A stretch of DNA of 64,000 bases from contig NIVC01002971.1 in assembly GCA_002269645.1 (NCBI GenBank), positions 1-64,000 on the forward strand. The letters run 5' to 3'. This DNA is from Macrostomum lignano (Eukaryota). Below the pieces are notes generated by a model. That model made no database searches and had not been told where the DNA came from. It saw nothing but the letters and a program-made list of their open reading frames with translations. This document shows, piece after piece, positions 59,811 through 64,000 of this stretch; position 1 is the first letter of the stretch, and each line of letters opens with the position of its first letter. The position numbers and the translations under genes are program-made.

Positions 59811-61890
59811 TTAAGCAGAATTCTGACCCATCTGTTGACTGCGAGTGACAGACAAGTTCAGTTTGCGCTGCGTCAGCTCCGACTTCATTGTCCGCAGCTC
59901 CGACTCGGCCTGGGTTCTCAGCTGGAGTGCGGAGGGAGGGGGTGGAAATCACGGAGCTAGCGGTCAAGGAAGTGAGATTTATAACTGACAAATTGGCTTT
60001 GGAAGAGGAGCTCGCTGATTGGTTGAGGCAGTGGCTAATTGGACTGGAAGAGGAGCTTGCTGATTGGTTGAGGCGGTGGCTAATTGGACTGGAAGAGGAG
60101 CTCGCTGATTGGTTGAGGCAGTCGCTAATTGGACTGGAAGAGGAACTTTCTGATTGGTTGAAGCGGTGGCTAATTGGACTGGAAGAGGAGCTCGCTGATT
60201 GGTTGAGGCAGTGGCTAATTGGATTGGAAGAGGAACTTGCTGATTGGTTGAGGCGGTGGCTAATTGGACTAGAAGAGGAGCTCGCTGATTGGTTGAGGCA
60301 GTGGCTAATTGGATTGGAAGAGGAGCTTGCTGATTGGTTGAGGCGGTGGCTAATTGGACTAAAAGAGGAGCTTGCTGATTGGTTGAAGCGGTGAATTGGA
60401 TTGGAAGAGGAGCTCGCTGATTGGTTGAGGCGGCGACTAATTAGACTAGAAGAGGAGCTTGCTGATTGGTTGAGGCGGTGAGGCTGATATCCGACTAATT
60501 GGTTTGAAAGTAGCGCATTCCAACTGGTTGAGGGTGAGTTCTAAGAGTTGACAGCTGGTGGGTCTCCTACTGGCGGGAAAACAAACATAAAATTCCTGTT
60601 CACTTTCAAAGAAACCACCCAGACTTGCCTTGACTTCGGCCGTCAGTTTCATTTTTGAGTCGTCGACTCGGCGTTGGAGCTCCTCGATTTCGTGCTGCAT
60701 TCTGGTGGCCTGAATGCGCAGGTTCAGCTGCAGTAGGGCACAGGTGGGAGTTTGAGTCTGGGTGGCTTGTATAAAACTACATTACTGCCGAGCTTTCCCG
60801 AGCTTTCCCAGCAGTGAGGATCTGGGAGGGTAGTGGCCCAGCAACTCAGGATCTGTTTGGCTGGCCCAGCAACTGAGGATCCGGAAGACTGGCCCAGTGA
60901 CTGAGGATTTGGGAGGGTGGTGGCCCAGCAACTGAGGATCTGGGAGGCTGGCCCAGCAACTGAGGATCTGGGATCACAAAGCAACGCAGCACCCTTCAAA
61001 CCTGCTGGGTAGCGTCGGGAGCATCAACATTGCGGCCCTCCTTGACGCGCGAAGTCATGGTGCCAACCATCCGCTTGTGATAAGCCTCCAGCTCTTCTCG
61101 CAGCTTGTTGGTCTGCTCCTCCAGCGGGACTGTCTGCTTTTTCGCCTCAAAGTAGCGCTTCTTCCACATGTCGCGGGCTGCAGTGTTGAGTGAGCATTAA
61201 AAAGTGGTAATTTGCCACCAGTATGACTACATGTATGACACTAATAGTCTAATGATTTTTTTAGTGCTGACACAAAAAATCTAATTATACATGCAAATGA
61301 GTGCTGACACTAATAGTCTAATGATAACTGAGTGCTGACACTAATAGTCTAATTATAACTGAGTGCTGACAGTAGTCTAATAGTCTACTATTAAAATAAG
61401 CTAATTTTAGCTCCCTGACACCAGCAATCGCTCCAGCCTCCCTCACCCTGATTCCGCAGATTCTGCATCCGAGACTGCAGCTGCTTCGCCCGCCTCATCA
61501 GGTCCTCGCGCCGTCGCTCAATCTCCAAGCGGTCGTCGCGAATTTTCTGCAACAATTGCAGCAACTCTTCTCCTGAATTAATTAGGGGTGACATTTTCTT
61601 TACTTTCTACTGATAAGTAGGCTACTTAGAATGCGAAAAAAGTGAATAAAAATTTTTTAGTATTTATTACGCTCTCGACGAAGCTTCTCTTGAGGGTCTT
61701 CCGGTTCCTGATCGTGAATCATGGTTGCCTCCTCAATCAGCAGGTTTGGAATCAGCTGAAAAAAAAACGAAAACTATTGCTAAAAATTTTCTGAGTAGGG
61801 AATTACAGTTTGACTTTGAAGTCACTCACGCTATTGGCGGCATTTTCATCTTCGCGTTCTCGCCGTCTTCGTTCCTCTTCTTCGGCAAGT
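59811..61890 (-). CDS. SPATA1: SPATA1-like coiled-coil protein, 3' exons (5' part lies further right or outside the window)
   Basis: In-frame exons 61830-61890, 61671-61755, 61447-61572, 61002-61177, 60629-60727 and 59811-59921 give ARDMWKKRYFEAKKQTVPLEEQTNKLREELEAYHK...MQHEIEELQRRVDDSKMKLTAEVKLRTQAESELRTMKSELTQRK, matching my recollection of the SPATA1 C-terminal domain (WKKKYYETKK...KMKLIVEVKMRKQA). A possible 23-nt upstream micro-exon lies at ~62355-62377. Confidence 0.8.
60000..60480. repeat. 45-bp intronic minisatellite (~11 copies) with CCAAT boxes
   Basis: Unit GGAAGAGGAGCTCGCTGATTGGTTGAGGCGGTGGCTAATTGGACT in the last SPATA1 intron. Confidence 0.93.
60790..60975. repeat. Degenerate intronic repeat (GCCCAGCAACTGAGGATCTGGGAGG)
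   Basis: Direct reading. Confidence 0.8.
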
Positions 61891-61904
61891 CTGCGAAAAG
61901 CACG

Positions 61905-62135
61905 GTTGGATAACAGTGGCGCCAATAGTTGGATAACAGTGGCGCCAAAAGGTGGTTAGCAGTGGCGCCAAAGGTTGGAACAGTGGCGCCAAAAGGTTGA
62001 AACAGTGGCGCCAAAGGTTGGAACAGTGGCGCCAAAAGGTTGAAACAGTGGCGCCAAAGGTTGGAACAGTGGCGCCAAAACGTTGGAACAGTGGCGCCAA
62101 AAGGTTGGAACAGTGGCGCCAAAAGGTTGGAACAC
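61905..62135. repeat. ~22-bp intronic minisatellite (GTTGGAACAGTGGCGCCAAAAG)
   Basis: Direct reading. Confidence 0.92.
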
Positions 62136-62529
62136 TCCGTTTCATTTATTCGGAAAGTACATCTGGTCAAACCCACGCATAGTCCACATTCTCTTTTAGA
62201 AGCAATGCTAGACTGCTAGAGACAAAATGCCCGGCTTCTGTCAACAAAGCGAGGCCGAAGTTGACTTGCAGATTTTCCAGTTTTTTTAGGCAGCCTCGGC
62301 ATTTCATTCAGCACAAAATAGTCAGGCAGCGGAGAGAGCACGCCTACTCAGGCAGGCCTTCGGCCCCCACCTGTTCACGCAAGTTCAAACAATCAGTGCT
62401 CATTATTGAAGAGAGAGAATGCATGACTTAGAGTCGCCATGACAATTTTATCTGGCCTGCGAGTCATTTTAGAATGCACCTGCTTGCTTTTGAGACTGTG
62501 AAGAGTGTTTTTGGATCGAGCTGTGTCTC

Positions 62530-62775
62530 TAATGCAGGTTTTTGCTTTTAAGTATGATAAAACTAAGTGCAATATAACCTAATCTACTCTCATCTAATCC
62601 TTTCTGATCCAATCTAATCAAGTCTAGTTTAACCCAATATCATCTAATCTACTCTAATAGGACCAAATCTAATCTAATATAATTTACAAGTAATATAATA
62701 TAATATGTTCTAATCTAATATAATTTACTCCTATCTAATCCTATCTGATCCGATCTAGTATAATCCAATCTAATC
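62530..62775. repeat. (ATCTA)-like low-complexity tract
   Basis: Direct reading. Confidence 0.75.
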
Positions 62776-63716
62776 AATACATACCTTCCAAGCGGAGTAG
62801 GTACGGTATTAAGCTCTATACTGTCTTTGCGAATCAGTCAGTGGCTACCTGTGGAACCTAGCTGTGCATTCCTCATTGGAGAAGAATTTGAAGTTTGGTG
62901 CCAACCTCGATTGCAATGGCCTCTCCTTTAGTGAAAAGGTTGTCGTTGAGCTGTCTCAAAACCTGCTTAACTTAGGCTATCACATCTTTTTGGACAGCTG
63001 GTTCAGCTCGAACCGTTTGGCCCTATGGCTTCTGGAGCGGAGCACGCTAGTCACAGGAACAGTCCGGAAGGATCGCGGAATTCCCATGCTTTTTCAACAT
63101 CCAGCCAACTTCTTCGAGATTCGCGAGGAACAGCAATGTTCTGGCGTGCAAGTTTGTTGACAAAAAGCAGAGCGGAACAAAGATTGTCTACGTGATTGAC
63201 ACTTCGGGCCAGGCGGGCTGTGTCAACGTTACTCGAATTCGCCGAGGCGGCGTGGAAGAAGTGATCCCAAAGCCGGTTTGCATCGCCAACTATTCGCCTT
63301 TTATGGGCGGCGTAGATCGCCTGGACAGTGGACTCCAGCCGTACCATCCGAACAGGAAGACGCAGAAATGGTTTCAGAAGCTCGGTTTTCACATCATCCT
63401 GCTTCTAGTTCGCAATGTTTGGATCGTTTATCAGAATGCTGGAGGAACAAAGAGCTTCCTCAGCTTCCTAGAAGTTGCGATCAAGAATTTGATTGAACAA
63501 TCTGGGCCAGGCAGACGTTGCGTTTCGGTTCGGGTCGGTCGGGCACCCGCCGCAGCCGGGCACATTCCAAGCAAGTCAGGCCAGGTTGTTGGGCAAAATC
63601 GACCGAGGCGTCGATGCCGACAGTGTCAAAAGAAGATAGTGTACGTCTGCTCGCAGTGTCCTGGCGTCCCGTCACTGTGTTTTGTGAACTGCTTTGGCAC
63701 GTGGCACAATAACTAA
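62775..63716 (+). pseudogene. Frameshifted piggyBac (PGBD4-like) transposase fragment
   Basis: YIPSKRSRYGIKLY, GYHIFLDSWFSS, GTVRKDRG, YSPFMGGVDRLD, KWFQKL and a C-terminal Cys-rich CRQC...CSQC..LC...CF..WH; at least two frameshifts. Confidence 0.88.
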
Positions 63717-64000
63717 AGAACCATTGTCTAGCAATTTGACGATCATTATTCACATTTTTAATGCAGAACAATCCATTACTACAAGCAATGCATTGTCTGT
63801 AGGATCGTCAAATAGAAAAGCAATGCAAAGAATCAGCGGTCGCAGCACGTGACAACGATTTGTCTATGGCTTATAGAGTTCGACCCATAGCCGACTGAAA
63901 CGGTGGGTAGAGAACTTGTGCGCTGGCCATAGATACTCGTATTTTGAACCGACTGCGCTGCGGAGTTGTAAGTGGTCGAAAACGACCTTCCAGACTTCTT

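Noticed and set aside
59888-60394. 168-aa amphipathic repeat ORF (LEEELADWLRQWLIG)n
   Set aside because: Antisense reading of an intronic minisatellite within SPATA1; no evidence it is coding.

Overview
Repeat-rich animal genomic DNA. The many spliceosomal introns, GC-rich codon usage and a private minisatellite in many introns resemble the flatworm Macrostomum lignano (inference only). Host genes: (1) a 21-exon NOMPC/TRPN mechanosensitive channel gene, 42915-58418 (+), ~1820 aa with ~29-30 ankyrin repeats; (2) the 3' part of a convergent SPATA1-like gene (-), 59811 to >61890; (3) a two-exon RPL7/uL30 gene, 35819-36661; (4) three intronless rhodopsin-class orphan GPCR copies on the - strand: one intact, one frameshifted, one truncated. 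Mobile DNA: a CMC/CACTA-type DNA transposon with a divergently transcribed spliced accessory gene; an intact young Ty3/Gypsy (identical 181-bp LTRs, tRNA-Leu PBS, -1 frameshift site); a decayed Gypsy interrupted by an LTR-like promoter cassette; an RTE-like LINE 3' fragment with TSD; several MITE/TIR elements; mariner, hAT and piggyBac remnants; many micro- and minisatellites; and a satellite plus telomere-like block. Most unusual: the intact Gypsy is flanked by a 381-bp direct duplication of the GPCR promoter instead of a 4-6-bp TSD, which points a host TATA-like promoter antisense into the element's 3' LTR. Also notable are a sharply bounded gene-conversion-like tract between GPCR copies 1 and 2, and a NOMPC ankyrin 'spring' built entirely from in-frame, phase-0, whole-repeat exons. 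No CRISPR, rRNA or tRNA genes were recognised.
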